Assembly: GCA_021323675.1 (NCBI GenBank)
Contig: JAJPKP010000071.1
Location: 64,969 to 128,968 of the forward strand
From: Pseudomonadota bacterium
GTDB lineage: Bacteria; Desulfobacterota; Binatia; Binatales; Binataceae
Direction of reading: 5' to 3'
Length of the DNA: 64,000 nt
Shown: piece by piece, positions 38,774 through 49,422 of the stretch
Layout: each line of letters begins with the position of its first letter
How positions within the stretch are numbered: the first letter of the stretch is position 1
The notes under the pieces: generated by a model
The model's database searches: none
Told to the model about the DNA's origin: nothing
The model's input: the letters and a program-made list of their open reading frames with translations, nothing else
Translations under genes and position numbers: made by a program

Positions 38774-39913
38774 CTAGTAGTGATTCAGGCGGGCCAGCTT
38801 GTCGGCGTGAAAATTCGCGTCGCCAAACAACTCCTGCCCCACGCGCACCCGTTTCATGAACAGGCCGGCGTCGAATTCGTCGGTCATCCCGATTCCGCCG
38901 TGCATCTGGACGCCCTCCTGCACGGCCAGGGTGGCGACGCTCCCCGCCTTGGCCTTGGCCATCGAGACTACCGCCCCGGCGTTTTCGAAGGATTCGTCCA
39001 GGGTTTGCAGCGCCTTGAGCACGGCGGATCGCGCCAGTTCGAGCTCGCAGTAAAGATGGGCCGCGCGATGCTGCAGCGCTTGAAATTCGCCAATCAGTTT
39101 GCCGAATTGCTTGCGCTCCCGGAGATAGGTGACGGTCCGCGCGAATATTTCATCCGCCGCGCCGAGCAATTCAGCGGCGATGGCGGCGCGTCCGGCATTG
39201 AGAGCGCCTTCCAGGGTTTTCCATCCCTGGCCGGGCGTTCCAAGAATCGCATCGGCCGCAACCGCGACGTTGTCGAATTCGAGCCGCGCCGAATTGTGCG
39301 CATCGACCATCGAAGTGCGCTCGACCTTGAGTCCCTTTGCCTTCCCGTCGACCAAAAAGAGGGTCAATCCCCTTTCTTCGCCGGGGGACCCCGACGTGCG
39401 CACGCCGACGATGATCAAATCGGCCACGTGGCCGTCGATCACGAAGGTTTTTGCGCCGCTTAGAACAAACCCGTTTGCCTTGTTGGAGGCTTTGAGCGCC
39501 GTTTTTTCGGGGCGATGCTTCGCGGCCTCATCGATGGCGAGCGTGGCGATCAGGTCACCGGCTGCGATGCGGGGCAGAAAGGCCTTCTTCTGCGCTTCGC
39601 TCCCCGAGCGCACCAGCGCGGTCGCGGCCACCACCGACGTCGCGAGCAGAGGCGACGGCGTGAGCGTATGCCCGAGTTCTTCCATCACGACGCCGGCCTC
39701 TACATATCCGAGGCCAAGGCCATCGTAATCGGGCGGCACCAGAATTCCCGCCCATCCCATCTCGGCAAATTCCTTCCAGAGTTTGCGCGAAAAGCCGACG
39801 GAATCAGGCGTGTCGCGCAGTTGGCGCAGATGAGCGATGGGAGCGTTCTTGCTCAGAAAACTCCGCGCGTTGTCGCGGAGCATCGATTGTTCAGAGGTAA
39901 GTACAAGAGCCAT
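38774..39913 (-). CDS. Acyl-CoA dehydrogenase, non-catalytic partner subunit (PimD-like)
   Basis: RKQFGKLIGEFQALQH and QMHGGIGMT; lacks the EGGT catalytic motif. Confidence 0.88.
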   Translation of the reverse strand: MALVLTSEQSMLRDNARSFLSKNAPIAHLRQLRDTPDSVGFSRKLWKEFAEMGWAGILVPPDYDGLGLGYVEAGVVMEELGHTLTPSPLLATSVVAATALVRSGSEAQKKAFLPRIAAGDLIATLAIDEAAKHRPEKTALKASNKANGFVLSGAKTFVIDGHVADLIIVGVRTSGSPGEERGLTLFLVDGKAKGLKVERTSMVDAHNSARLEFDNVAVAADAILGTPGQGWKTLEGALNAGRAAIAAELLGAADEIFARTVTYLRERKQFGKLIGEFQALQHRAAHLYCELELARSAVLKALQTLDESFENAGAVVSMAKAKAGSVATLAVQEGVQMHGGIGMTDEFDAGLFMKRVRVGQELFGDANFHADKLARLNHY

Positions 39914-39949
39914 CTTTGCAAAACCAATTTTTCGGCAAATTACGCGGGG

Positions 39950-41134
39950 CTATGCGCCCGGGAGATTAAGGATACGTTTGGCGATGATGTTGAGCTGAAT
40001 CTCGCTGGTGCCGCCCTCGATCGAGTTGGCCTTCGATCGCAGCCATGACCGCACCGTGAAGCCGTCGCGCGAGCGCGGCCCCTCCCATTCGAGGGCCTCG
40101 GATCCGCCCGCCGCCACCATCAACTCCAACCGGCGCTTGTTCAATTCCGCGCCGTAGTATTTGAGCATCGAGGAGACCGCGGGATGCGCCTGTCCGGTCT
40201 TGAACAGGTCGCCGACTCGATCGAGCGTGAGCGCGAAGGCCCATGAATCGACCTCGAACGATGCGATCTGCGCCCGCAGCACAGGGTCCGCCAGTCTGCC
40301 ATCCTCCGTCCCCACCGTATCGGCGGCGACTTCACCGAGCGAGCGATGCCGCCCGCCGGTCATCCCCATTCCACCGATCATCTCGCGCTCGTGAGTCAGC
40401 AGGAATTTCGCGATCTCCCATCCCTTGTTCAACTGGCCGACGAGATTTGCCTTGAGAACCTGCACATCCTCGAAGAACGTCTGGCAGAAGGGAGACTTGC
40501 CCGAGATCAGAGTGATAGGCGAAGTCGAGACGCCGGGGCTTTCCATGTCGAAGAGAACAAAGCTGATCCCCTCGTGCTTGGGCGCCTTCGGATCCGTCCG
40601 CACGAGGCAGAAGATCCAGTCAGCCTTGTCGGCATACGAGGTCCAGATTTTCGATCCGTTAACGACGAAGTAGTCGCCGCGATCCTCGGCGCGCGTCTGC
40701 AGAGAGGCGAGGTCGGAACCGGATCCAGGCTCCGAGTAACCCTGGCACCATCGAATTTCGCCGCGCGCGATCTTGGGCAGATGCTCGCGCTTTTGTTGCT
40801 CGTTGCCGTACTTCAGCAGCGCCGGCCCGAGCATCCAGATGCCGAAGCTGTCGAGCGGCGAGCGGCAGCCGAGCGCGCGCATCTCCTCGCGCAAAATCTT
40901 GGCTTCCTCGTGCGAAAGACCACCGCCGCCATACTGCCGGGGCCATTCGGGAACGGTCCAACCCTTCGCCGCCATCCGCTCCAGCCATACGCGCTGTGCC
41001 TCGGACTTGAAGACCCATTTGCGTCCGCCCCAGCAGGTGTCTTCCTCGCTCTCGGGCGGCTGGCGCATCTCGGCCGGGCAATTCGCCTCGAGCCATGCGC
41101 GGGTTTCCTTGCGAAAGGTTTCCAGATCGGCCAT
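39950..41134 (-). CDS. Acyl-CoA dehydrogenase, catalytic subunit (PimC-like)
   Basis: WCQGYSEPGSGSDLASL, KIWTS and SIEGGTSEIQ. Confidence 0.92.
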   Translation of the reverse strand: MADLETFRKETRAWLEANCPAEMRQPPESEEDTCWGGRKWVFKSEAQRVWLERMAAKGWTVPEWPRQYGGGGLSHEEAKILREEMRALGCRSPLDSFGIWMLGPALLKYGNEQQKREHLPKIARGEIRWCQGYSEPGSGSDLASLQTRAEDRGDYFVVNGSKIWTSYADKADWIFCLVRTDPKAPKHEGISFVLFDMESPGVSTSPITLISGKSPFCQTFFEDVQVLKANLVGQLNKGWEIAKFLLTHEREMIGGMGMTGGRHRSLGEVAADTVGTEDGRLADPVLRAQIASFEVDSWAFALTLDRVGDLFKTGQAHPAVSSMLKYYGAELNKRRLELMVAAGGSEALEWEGPRSRDGFTVRSWLRSKANSIEGGTSEIQLNIIAKRILNLPGA

Positions 41135-41274
41135 TTGTTCCGCTCTCTCCTGAAATCGAGTTTCGGACGCCACAGTTTGCCATGTCCTGCGCGGTTAATT
41201 CTACGGGAGACGAACGGCGGCTTTGACGTGCAAGGGCACTTGTTGGCTATATTCACGGCGGGAGAGAGACAGCG

Positions 41275-42339
41275 ATGGAATTCGGAACCCTGATTTTTAC
41301 CAAGCCCGAGCGCGCGATGCGCGATGTGCCGTATGCCGAGGAGCGCGGATTTTCGCACGCCTGGATTCCCGATTCTCACATGATCTGGGGCGACACCTAC
41401 GCGTGCATGGCGCTTGCCGCAGTCAATTCCAAACGCATCAAGCTCGGCACCGGCGTGGCGATCTCGACCAATCGCATCCCGCCCGTGACCGTCCATGCGA
41501 TCGCCACCATCAACCAGCTTGCACCCGGACGCACCATCCTTGGCTTCGGAACCGGACACACCGGGCGCAGGGTGATGGGACTGCCGCCCGTGAAGCAGGA
41601 AGTCTTCCGCGAAGAGGTGCGGGTCATCCACGATCTGCTTCGCGACGGCGAGGCCGACTACCGGACCGAAGGGATGGAGCGAAAGATCCGCTTTCTTCAT
41701 CGCGACCTTCGGTTTATCAATCTCGACGACAAGATTCCCTTCTATGTAGCGGCCAACGGCCCGAAGACGCTGGCGCTTGCGGGCGAATTCGGCGACGGTG
41801 TCATCACGACCGGCATCACCACGCCAGAGCGGATGGCGACGGTTCGCAAGCATATCGAAGAAGGAGCGCGAAGGTCGGGACGGTCGGGCAAGGATCTGCC
41901 GGTGGTCTCGCTGACTCACGTCTGCGTTCTCAGGCCGGGCGAGGCGATCGATTCGCCGCGAGTGAAGGCGATGACGGGACCGTGGGTGATGGCTTCGCTG
42001 CACGCGATTGCGGCCGGCTATGCGCGCCCTACTTCGCTTGCGCCCGAGGTCAGCAAGGTTTACGACGAATACGCGGCGCACGTCGCGCGGATGCCCGAAC
42101 GGGAGCGCTATCTCCATGTCCATCTCGGGCATTGCACGTTCGTAGCTCCCGAGGAGAGAAAATTCGTCACGGCGGAAACGATTCGCGCCACAACCATCGT
42201 TGGCGAGCGCGAAGCGGTGATCGATCAATTGCGCGCGCTGGATAAAGCGGGGCTGAGCCAGATTTTCCTGAATCCGCCGATGGACGGATTCAACGAGTGT
42301 CTTGACGACATCTCGCGCGAACTGATCGGCCGCGTGTAG
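41275..42339 (+). CDS. LLM-class flavin-dependent oxidoreductase
   Basis: WIPDSH, IKLGTGV, LAPGR..LGFGTG and AANGPKTLALAGE. Confidence 0.9.
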   Translation: MEFGTLIFTKPERAMRDVPYAEERGFSHAWIPDSHMIWGDTYACMALAAVNSKRIKLGTGVAISTNRIPPVTVHAIATINQLAPGRTILGFGTGHTGRRVMGLPPVKQEVFREEVRVIHDLLRDGEADYRTEGMERKIRFLHRDLRFINLDDKIPFYVAANGPKTLALAGEFGDGVITTGITTPERMATVRKHIEEGARRSGRSGKDLPVVSLTHVCVLRPGEAIDSPRVKAMTGPWVMASLHAIAAGYARPTSLAPEVSKVYDEYAAHVARMPERERYLHVHLGHCTFVAPEERKFVTAETIRATTIVGEREAVIDQLRALDKAGLSQIFLNPPMDGFNECLDDISRELIGRV

Positions 42340-42352
42340 CGCCCGACGCCGC

Positions 42353-43579
42353 CTAGAACGGGTAGTTGATGCCGGAGAAGATGGCGGCGCCTTCGCCGCC
42401 GTAGCCTATATCGACGAAACCGACCACGAAGGGATCCGCGATGCCGCGGAAGCCCACGCCGCCGACCGGATGAAGTTCGCTTACCGGATTGTAATTGAGG
42501 TTGTGCGCGACGCGCCCGGCTTCAGCGAAAGGCGCTACTTCCAGGGTGCCGTGGGTCCCGAACAGATTGGCGTCCCATACGCGAGTACGCATCTCGACGT
42601 TCGCCTCGACGAGGTTATTGTCGACGAAGCGGCCGGCGCCATAGCCGCGCAGCGTCTCCTGGTCGGTGAGGAGGCTTTCATCGCCGCCCAGCCGGGCCTG
42701 CGCCCAGAAAGGCATCTCGTTGCCGGCCGGTTCGTACTCCATGAACAGATGCCCCGCGAAGGTGATGCGCGGGTCCACCGTGAAATACTTGCGCAGCTCG
42801 TATCCGAAGCGGGTGTAAGAGGATGAGCTGCCGAGCGCGCGGTCGGCGACACTTCCGTAGATGCGATAGAGTCCGCCGCTTCTCGGAATATCCACGGAAT
42901 CGCGGTTGTCGTATTGAACCATCAACTGCGTCAGCACTTCGCTGCCGCCGTTGACTCCCTTCTGATTGGGAAAGAGCTGGAAAATCGGAGGAAGCGAAGT
43001 AAAGGCGCCGTCGTAGATCCGCACCCATCGCGGCCGCTCCATCAACTGCACCTGCAGCTTATCGGTGATATTGAGCCCGAGCGATGCCATCCCGTAGAGC
43101 TGCTGCGTGGTGTAGTTGGTTTCGTTGCCCTGAGAGGAGTCATTTCCCACTCCGTAGAACCGGTCAGTGGGATCGCGCTCGAAAAAGAAGCGGCCTTCAA
43201 AAGAAAGCAGGTCCTGATGCGTTCGGCCGGTCTGATAATCGAGGTCCACGTGGCGGGCGATCTGCTGCGCGCCCCCGGCCGTCGCGTACCAATTCGTATC
43301 TTCCGAGGGATACGAGAGATAGCGAAACGTGCCACCCGCCCCAAGCGTGGTGTTCCAATTGACATCCGGCGCGAAGATGTCGCGAATCTGGTTGCGGGTA
43401 TCGGTGAACAGAAAGACCGGCAGCACGCCTACCGTGGTGCCGCCATTCGGATCGGTCGCCACTTCGGGAACGGGGATGAACGGCCACGAGGCCGGATCCA
43501 TCAGATCGTAGGCAGACGCGATCGAAGTCCAGATTAGACTGGATAGCAGCAGCGCGGTTGCAGCGAGAGCCCGCTTCAT
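42353..43579 (-). CDS. Omp85/BamA-TamA family outer-membrane barrel (no POTRA domain evident)
   Basis: Signal peptide; FYGVGN, LGG...LRGY..GRF.D and C-terminal NYPF. Confidence 0.8.
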   Translation of the reverse strand: MKRALAATALLLSSLIWTSIASAYDLMDPASWPFIPVPEVATDPNGGTTVGVLPVFLFTDTRNQIRDIFAPDVNWNTTLGAGGTFRYLSYPSEDTNWYATAGGAQQIARHVDLDYQTGRTHQDLLSFEGRFFFERDPTDRFYGVGNDSSQGNETNYTTQQLYGMASLGLNITDKLQVQLMERPRWVRIYDGAFTSLPPIFQLFPNQKGVNGGSEVLTQLMVQYDNRDSVDIPRSGGLYRIYGSVADRALGSSSSYTRFGYELRKYFTVDPRITFAGHLFMEYEPAGNEMPFWAQARLGGDESLLTDQETLRGYGAGRFVDNNLVEANVEMRTRVWDANLFGTHGTLEVAPFAEAGRVAHNLNYNPVSELHPVGGVGFRGIADPFVVGFVDIGYGGEGAAIFSGINYPF

Positions 43580-43892
43580 CACAATTCTCACAACGAACGC
43601 ACGCACCGCCACGGATCGGGTCTCGACACGGCAAGTCGCAGCGGGACTGACTCAAACTGACAGGCTTCAGGCGCTCGATCAATACACAAGTGGGCCGCGG
43701 ATGGGGGCATCGGGGACCGCCAATTGCCGGCGATGCGCTTTTCGCTGACGCGCAAAATGTGCAAGGATTCGGTTCCATAGGGAATCCGCTTCCTGCGCGC
43801 CGAGACCCGCAACACCTGCGGGCTCGTAGCGCCCTTCGCGCCACCGTGCCGGAGCTAAGGAGGCGGGGAATAATCCGACGGAGGACTCTTAG

Positions 43893-45584
43893 ATGGCAAA
43901 GGTAGACGGCGGCGAGTTGATCGCGCGCGTGATGCGGGAGAATCGGGTCCGCTATTGTTTCGCAATCAACGGCGGGCACCTGTTTCCGATCCTCGCGCAA
44001 CTGCGCGGCCACGACATCAAGCTCATCCATATGCGCCATGAGCAGGCCACTGCGTATGCCGCCGATGCGTACTCGCGCATCAGCGGAGAACCGGGGGTTT
44101 GTATGGTGACGGCGGGATGCGGCCTGACCAACGCCGTTACCGGGCTGTGCGTCGCGGGCCTGACGAACTCCGCCGTGGTCTGCATCTCCGGTCAGCATCC
44201 GAACACCGAGGATCACCTCGGATCGTTCCAGGAAGCCTACGGCTCGGAGGTCGTAAACAGCTTCTCCAAGTTCACCAAGCGCGTTACCGATTGGAGCACG
44301 ATCGAGTTCGACCTGCGATCCGCGTTTCGCGAGGCGATTTCTCCGCCGCAGGGCGTGGCGCTGTTCGAGATTCCGCAGAACATCCTCTACCATCACGACG
44401 AAGATGGGCGCCAGCGCAAGGGCGCGCGCGGCTTTACCGTGGACGATCTCCGATGCGAGGGCGACCCGGCGAAGATCGATCGTGCGGTCGAGATGCTGCA
44501 TGCCGCCGAACGGCCGCTGATCGCGGGCGGCGACGGCCTTTTCTGGTCGCAGGCCGCGCCCGAGATGAAGGAGTTTGTCGAGCTCACCGGCATTCCGATC
44601 TATGCGCGCCGCGCCGGCCAGGGCGTCGTCTCGGAAGAGCATCCGCTGGCGATTCGCGGTGCGTTCAAGAAGCCATTCACCGGCCGCGCGGATGTGGTGC
44701 TCGCGATCGGCTTTCGCTTCTGGAGCGGCGAGCATTTTGGCCAGCCGCCGACCTGGACCGACAAGGCGAAATATATTCAGGTCGATCCGACTCCCACGCG
44801 AATCGGATGGCAGGTCAACGCGGATTTGCCCATCGTCGGCGACCCGAAACTGGTCCTCCGCCAGCTCATCAATCGCATCAAGGAACTCAAGCTCGATTTC
44901 TCGAAGAACCGCACTTCGGAATGGACCAGGGAGGTCATGGCAACGCGCCAGCGCTTTGACGCCCAGATTCGCGAGCAGAACGCCAAGGTCAGCGGCGCGC
45001 GCCCGATTCATCCGGCGCGGCTGTGCGAAGACCTGATCAAGGTCATGGACAAGAATGCGACAACCATCATCGACAGCTTCACGCTATCCGGATGGATGAG
45101 CCGGGCGTTTACTTGCCGATTCATGGGACAGGTTGTCGATGCGGGTCCGCTCGCGCCCGTCGGCCACGGTGTCGGGATGGCGATCGGAGCGCAACTGGCG
45201 CGCCCCGGCCAGCAGATCGTGAACATCTCGGGCGACGGCGGCCTGGGGATCGGCGGCTTCGATATGGAGACGGCGGCGCGTTACAAACTGCCGATCGTCA
45301 CGGTGCTGTGGAACAACAGCTCATGGGGTCCGAACTTCGACCAGATGCCGGGACTCAAGGGCCGCACCGATCCTTTCAACATGCTGCCCGAGATCAGGTA
45401 CGACAAGATCTTCGAGGAGATGGGATGCCACGGCGAGCACGTCGCGACTCCCGAGCAGATCGTTCCCGCGCTCGAACGTGCTTTCAAATCGGGCAAGCCT
45501 GCGCTGATCAACGTCATCGGCGATACCAGCGTCGGCAACGCGACCCTGGGCGGCAATCTGCTGGGTTCCACGGGTTCCAACTGA
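43893..45584 (+). CDS. Thiamine-diphosphate-dependent enzyme (ALS/2-hydroxyacyl-CoA lyase-like)
   Basis: MRHEQ, TAGCG and GDGG...NN ThDP motif. Confidence 0.9.
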   Translation: MAKVDGGELIARVMRENRVRYCFAINGGHLFPILAQLRGHDIKLIHMRHEQATAYAADAYSRISGEPGVCMVTAGCGLTNAVTGLCVAGLTNSAVVCISGQHPNTEDHLGSFQEAYGSEVVNSFSKFTKRVTDWSTIEFDLRSAFREAISPPQGVALFEIPQNILYHHDEDGRQRKGARGFTVDDLRCEGDPAKIDRAVEMLHAAERPLIAGGDGLFWSQAAPEMKEFVELTGIPIYARRAGQGVVSEEHPLAIRGAFKKPFTGRADVVLAIGFRFWSGEHFGQPPTWTDKAKYIQVDPTPTRIGWQVNADLPIVGDPKLVLRQLINRIKELKLDFSKNRTSEWTREVMATRQRFDAQIREQNAKVSGARPIHPARLCEDLIKVMDKNATTIIDSFTLSGWMSRAFTCRFMGQVVDAGPLAPVGHGVGMAIGAQLARPGQQIVNISGDGGLGIGGFDMETAARYKLPIVTVLWNNSSWGPNFDQMPGLKGRTDPFNMLPEIRYDKIFEEMGCHGEHVATPEQIVPALERAFKSGKPALINVIGDTSVGNATLGGNLLGSTGSN

Positions 45585-45610
45585 TCGCCGTTTCAAACGA
45601 TCGATCAAAC

Positions 45611-45643
45611 CGCGGGCGGAGGGCGAGACGCTTTCCGCCCGCG
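45611..45643 (+). terminator. GC-rich hairpin after the ThDP enzyme gene
   Basis: CGCGGGCGGAGGGCG-aga-CGCTTTCCGCCCGCG. Confidence 0.5.
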
Positions 45644-45688
45644 CTTCTCGCCAGACCTTCCCGACTACGCCCACGACGGCGATCAAAC

Positions 45689-46165
45689 ATGATGCGTACC
45701 TTGTCTCAAGCGTTACTTGCCACTCTGGTATCTCTGGTCGTATGCGCCTGCCATCCCGCCGCGCCCGGAACCATTTCCTGTCCTTCGGGCACCAAGGCGA
45801 TGGGAGAGCCGCCGCCCAACGGACAGGAAATGTGGTGCCAGAAGATGGTCAACGGCGAAGCCGTCAAGGATGGTCCCTTCGTCCTCTACCGTCCGGATGG
45901 TTCGCTGATGATGCGCGGGCAGTATCACGACGGGAAACAGGACGGCGAATGGACGATGTGGTACGACAACGGCCAGAAAGCCTCGATAGACCACTACAAA
46001 GACGGCGTGCAGGACGGCCAGCATATCGGCTGGTACACGAACGGCAAGATCTCCGCGATGGGCCAATACAAGGATGGCAAGCGCGAAGGCGTCTGGAAGC
46101 GATGGGACCCGCAGGGATTCCGGAACTGGGAAGAGACGTACAAGGACGACAAGCAGATCTCGTAA
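45689..46165 (+). CDS. Lipoprotein with MORN-variant (YwqK-like) repeats
   Basis: Lipobox VCAC; repeated G.Y.DGK.DG.W..WY.NG units. Confidence 0.8.
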   Translation: MMRTLSQALLATLVSLVVCACHPAAPGTISCPSGTKAMGEPPPNGQEMWCQKMVNGEAVKDGPFVLYRPDGSLMMRGQYHDGKQDGEWTMWYDNGQKASIDHYKDGVQDGQHIGWYTNGKISAMGQYKDGKREGVWKRWDPQGFRNWEETYKDDKQIS

Positions 46166-46249
46166 GCGCCGCTTTCGGCGTGAAGATGGTCGGAACGATT
46201 GGAGTTCCGGCGGAAAACCCTGAATGAATCCCCGACTTCGGCGGGTGGT

Positions 46250-47770
46250 CTAAGGGTTGGCGCCTATTTCAGCCATGGAGATGCCCTCGACCGCGATCGC
46301 CGGCACAAAATATGTCTCGGCCGAGCCCCACACTATGGTAGGAACGATCTTTGACGCGACTGCGATGGGCCGGCTGAACACCTCTGAGATATTCGCGTTG
46401 ATGCGCAGACAGTTGGGCGCGAGCGGTTCAGCAATCTTTCCGTCGCGAATCAGGTAGGAGTCCCCGCTCACGGTGCAGGTGAAGTCTCCCGCGCGCTGAC
46501 CATTGATAGGATAGGTGTACCAGACGCGCCCGACATAGAGTCCGTCGCCGACCGCCTCGAGAATCGCGCGATCCGAAACTCCACCGCGCGCCCGCATGAC
46601 GACATTGGTTCCCGCCGCGCCCACGTCCGCATCGAAGCGCCGTCCGCCGCCCTCGCCCAGCCGATATCCCGCCGACGGCGCAAACTTCGCATCGCCGCCC
46701 AACCGTCCAAGTTTTTCGACCCGCTCCGCGTCAGTCTCCAGCCGATGTGAGTCGTAAACATTGGAGAGCAATCCGACCAGGCGTCCGCTCTTGATTAGAT
46801 CGGTCCTGCGAGCGGGCAACCCCTCGCAGGTGATCTTGCGATGCACGGGCCCCGTGCGCAGCGCGGGATCGTCGAGAAGTGACAGACTTTCGTCGATAAT
46901 GCGATCGCCAAACCGGCCCTGGTATGCGGAACTCGCCGCGAAAAAAGCGCCGGTCGTAAGCGACCCCATCACCATGTAGTTGAGGATCTCCGCGACTGGC
47001 TGCGGACCCAGCACCACGCGATAACGTCCCGACCGCGGCCGCACTTCCGCGCCGAGCCGAAGCGCGCGGAGCACCGCGTTGCGTCCAAGGCTCCCGGCCG
47101 CGGTACGCATCCGCACAATACTCCCGCCGACGGCGCTGTCGGTACCTTTGGCATCGATCGATTCGACAAGTGCGGTCACGGACGAGACAAAATGTGCGCT
47201 CTCGTCGGTCCGAATCTCGGGGAAGTTGGAATTCGCAAGCGCGATTCGATCGTGAACTATCGTCACGTCGCCGCCAATCACGAGGCCGGGCGATCGGGAA
47301 GCGGGCGTGTATCTCGCGCCAAAGGCGCGCAGCGCGCCGTCCACTACCCGCCATGCGCACGAGGCAAGAGCGCCGTCGCTGGCACGCGCCAGATCGCCCG
47401 CGGCAGTGGGACGACGCGGCATCTTTTCGGTGTCGCGAGCCAGCCCGGGAAAGTGCGGATCGATGATCGCCGCTCGACGGGCACGATCGACGGCTCTTCT
47501 CAGGGCGTCGCGGCTCAAATCGCCGGCCTCCGAGGCGGTGCCGACTTCGTGCGGATTTCGGCGCATCACAACCCGCACTTGAAAGCCATCGGCGCCCAGC
47601 GACTTTATCTCCTCGACGCCGCGGCAAGGGATGTCGGAGGTGTAGGACAGGCGCGCAATTCGGCTCAGCGAAGAAGCGCAATAGACCTCGAACTCGGCGA
47701 ACTCGGGATGCCGCGACAGTTCGGCAGCGGCCGCGCGAGCGAAGCGCTGAAGTTCGCCAAGCGGCAACAT
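46250..47770 (-). CDS. PmbA/TldE-like protein
   Basis: DDP..., GRLVGLL, GDFT and IRDGKIAEPL; no HExxH; TGATG-coupled to tldD. Confidence 0.82.
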   Translation of the reverse strand: MLPLGELQRFARAAAAELSRHPEFAEFEVYCASSLSRIARLSYTSDIPCRGVEEIKSLGADGFQVRVVMRRNPHEVGTASEAGDLSRDALRRAVDRARRAAIIDPHFPGLARDTEKMPRRPTAAGDLARASDGALASCAWRVVDGALRAFGARYTPASRSPGLVIGGDVTIVHDRIALANSNFPEIRTDESAHFVSSVTALVESIDAKGTDSAVGGSIVRMRTAAGSLGRNAVLRALRLGAEVRPRSGRYRVVLGPQPVAEILNYMVMGSLTTGAFFAASSAYQGRFGDRIIDESLSLLDDPALRTGPVHRKITCEGLPARRTDLIKSGRLVGLLSNVYDSHRLETDAERVEKLGRLGGDAKFAPSAGYRLGEGGGRRFDADVGAAGTNVVMRARGGVSDRAILEAVGDGLYVGRVWYTYPINGQRAGDFTCTVSGDSYLIRDGKIAEPLAPNCLRINANISEVFSRPIAVASKIVPTIVWGSAETYFVPAIAVEGISMAEIGANP

Positions 47771-49350
47771 CAAGCGGCTCCTCCCAGGCGCGCCCGCGAA
47801 CGCAGCGTCGGCCCGCCGTTCGACATCCGCTTTACCTGCATCGGCTGCCCCTTGCCGCAATTCGGGATCGCAATCAGGCGAAGATCATTGCCGACTCCGT
47901 CCACGTTCATGAAGAACCGCTTGGAATCGGCAATCACGCTGCCGGAGCGGTAGAGCCGGCCCAATCGGCCGTTTTCGATTGCATAAACGCGGCGAGCCGA
48001 GATACGGAAGTTCTCGCGCGACTCCGCAATCGAAGGAACGAGATTCCCGCACACGTAGTAGCCGTGGTCAACTTCGGCAATCAGGCGCTCCGGAGAACTG
48101 TCACCCGGCAGAAAGAACGTGTTCGACATCCGGATTAGCGGGACGTGCCACATCTCGCTGGCACGGACAGATCCGTTGGGTTCCACACCCAGGACCGCGG
48201 CAGTCGCTCGCGAGTTGAGGAAGCCCGCGAACACTCCCCGGTCGATATGCATCACGCGACGCCCCGCCGTTCCTTCGTGGTCGTAGCGGTAATGGCCGTA
48301 ACCGTCGAGCGAAGGATCGGAGCATGCCGAGAGTATCGGCGAGCCGACGATGCGGCCGATCTCGCTGTCCGCCAGCGAGCGCAGAAACCAGCTCCGGCCG
48401 GCATACGCCGCCTCCATCTTCAAGGCGCGGTCCGCCTCGCTCGGATGACCCACGATTTCGTGCGCGATAAGCGCGTTGAAGTGCGGATCGGTTACAACCA
48501 CCACCTCGCCCTCGGACGGTTTGAGCGCGGGTGCAGCCGCGAGTTCCTGAGCCTCCTTTGCGAGATCGAGTGCAAACTCGCCCAAGGTTGGATTCGGCAT
48601 CAGCTCGCTTTGCCATCCTTCCTCAAGGCATTCGATGCCGCGTTGCTGGCCGATGGTGTCGTAGCTTTCCTGATGGCCGTCGCGGTTCTGCGCGACCACG
48701 TAGCAATCGCCCTGCGAAAACGAAAAGGCCTGCGTAATCACGCTGCCGGCGGTGTTGAGGAAGAGCTCGCGCCTGTATTCCGTCATCGCTGCCGCGACGT
48801 TGAAGGCGATGGACGAGCCGAGCGCCTTGACTCCGCGCGAAGCTTCAAGCGCGAGCTGCTTGAGTTCGTCGATATCGATGCCGCGCGGGTCGCGCTTGAA
48901 GGTCGCTTCCACAGAGTCGCGGATTGCGGGCGGATCGGGAACCTGCGCGGCGGCGAGGCTTCGCGCCGCGGAACCCATCGAGGCGACGATCGCCGCTTTC
49001 TCGCGCGCGCTGGCGCGCGCCCGATCGAAAGCTTGTTCGAGTGCGCCGCGGATTACGCTGGGCAATCGCGCGGGCTTGCGCGCCAGACCGCCGATTTCGG
49101 CTCCCGCCTGCCCATGCCCGACAACGCCCGAGCGGTCGGCAACCTGAACCGCAAGTCCGAATGCCGCGTTTTCGCTTTCGCTGCTGTCGCGCGGCTCGCC
49201 GTTGGTGGCAGCGGCGGAGCGGCCGGCCACAACTTCGAATCTGAGGTCGATGCAGGAAACACCGCGATGACTGCGCGCGAAACGGCGCAGAAGGCCCTCG
49301 CCTTCACGCTTCAGATATTCAACCGCTTCGAACAAATCCCGTTCGGCCAT
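47770..49350 (-). CDS. tldD: TldD-like metalloprotease
   Basis: HEIVGHPSEAD, YDHEG, RMSNT and CGKGQP. Confidence 0.88.
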   Translation of the reverse strand: MAERDLFEAVEYLKREGEGLLRRFARSHRGVSCIDLRFEVVAGRSAAATNGEPRDSSESENAAFGLAVQVADRSGVVGHGQAGAEIGGLARKPARLPSVIRGALEQAFDRARASAREKAAIVASMGSAARSLAAAQVPDPPAIRDSVEATFKRDPRGIDIDELKQLALEASRGVKALGSSIAFNVAAAMTEYRRELFLNTAGSVITQAFSFSQGDCYVVAQNRDGHQESYDTIGQQRGIECLEEGWQSELMPNPTLGEFALDLAKEAQELAAAPALKPSEGEVVVVTDPHFNALIAHEIVGHPSEADRALKMEAAYAGRSWFLRSLADSEIGRIVGSPILSACSDPSLDGYGHYRYDHEGTAGRRVMHIDRGVFAGFLNSRATAAVLGVEPNGSVRASEMWHVPLIRMSNTFFLPGDSSPERLIAEVDHGYYVCGNLVPSIAESRENFRISARRVYAIENGRLGRLYRSGSVIADSKRFFMNVDGVGNDLRLIAIPNCGKGQPMQVKRMSNGGPTLRSRARLGGAA

Positions 49351-49422
49351 CGCGCGTCAACCGCGTAACCATAGCCCAGCGTCACGCCCATCGCGAGAAT
49401 CAAAGGGCAGCCGGCAAAATCT

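Noticed and set aside
43600..43892. TPP riboswitch upstream of the ThDP-dependent enzyme
   Set aside because: The conserved CUGAGA core and THI-box architecture are not visible.
45860..46165. DNA tandem repeat or toxin-antitoxin locus
   Set aside because: The periodicity is at protein level (MORN-variant repeats) in a lipoprotein, and no toxin gene is adjacent.
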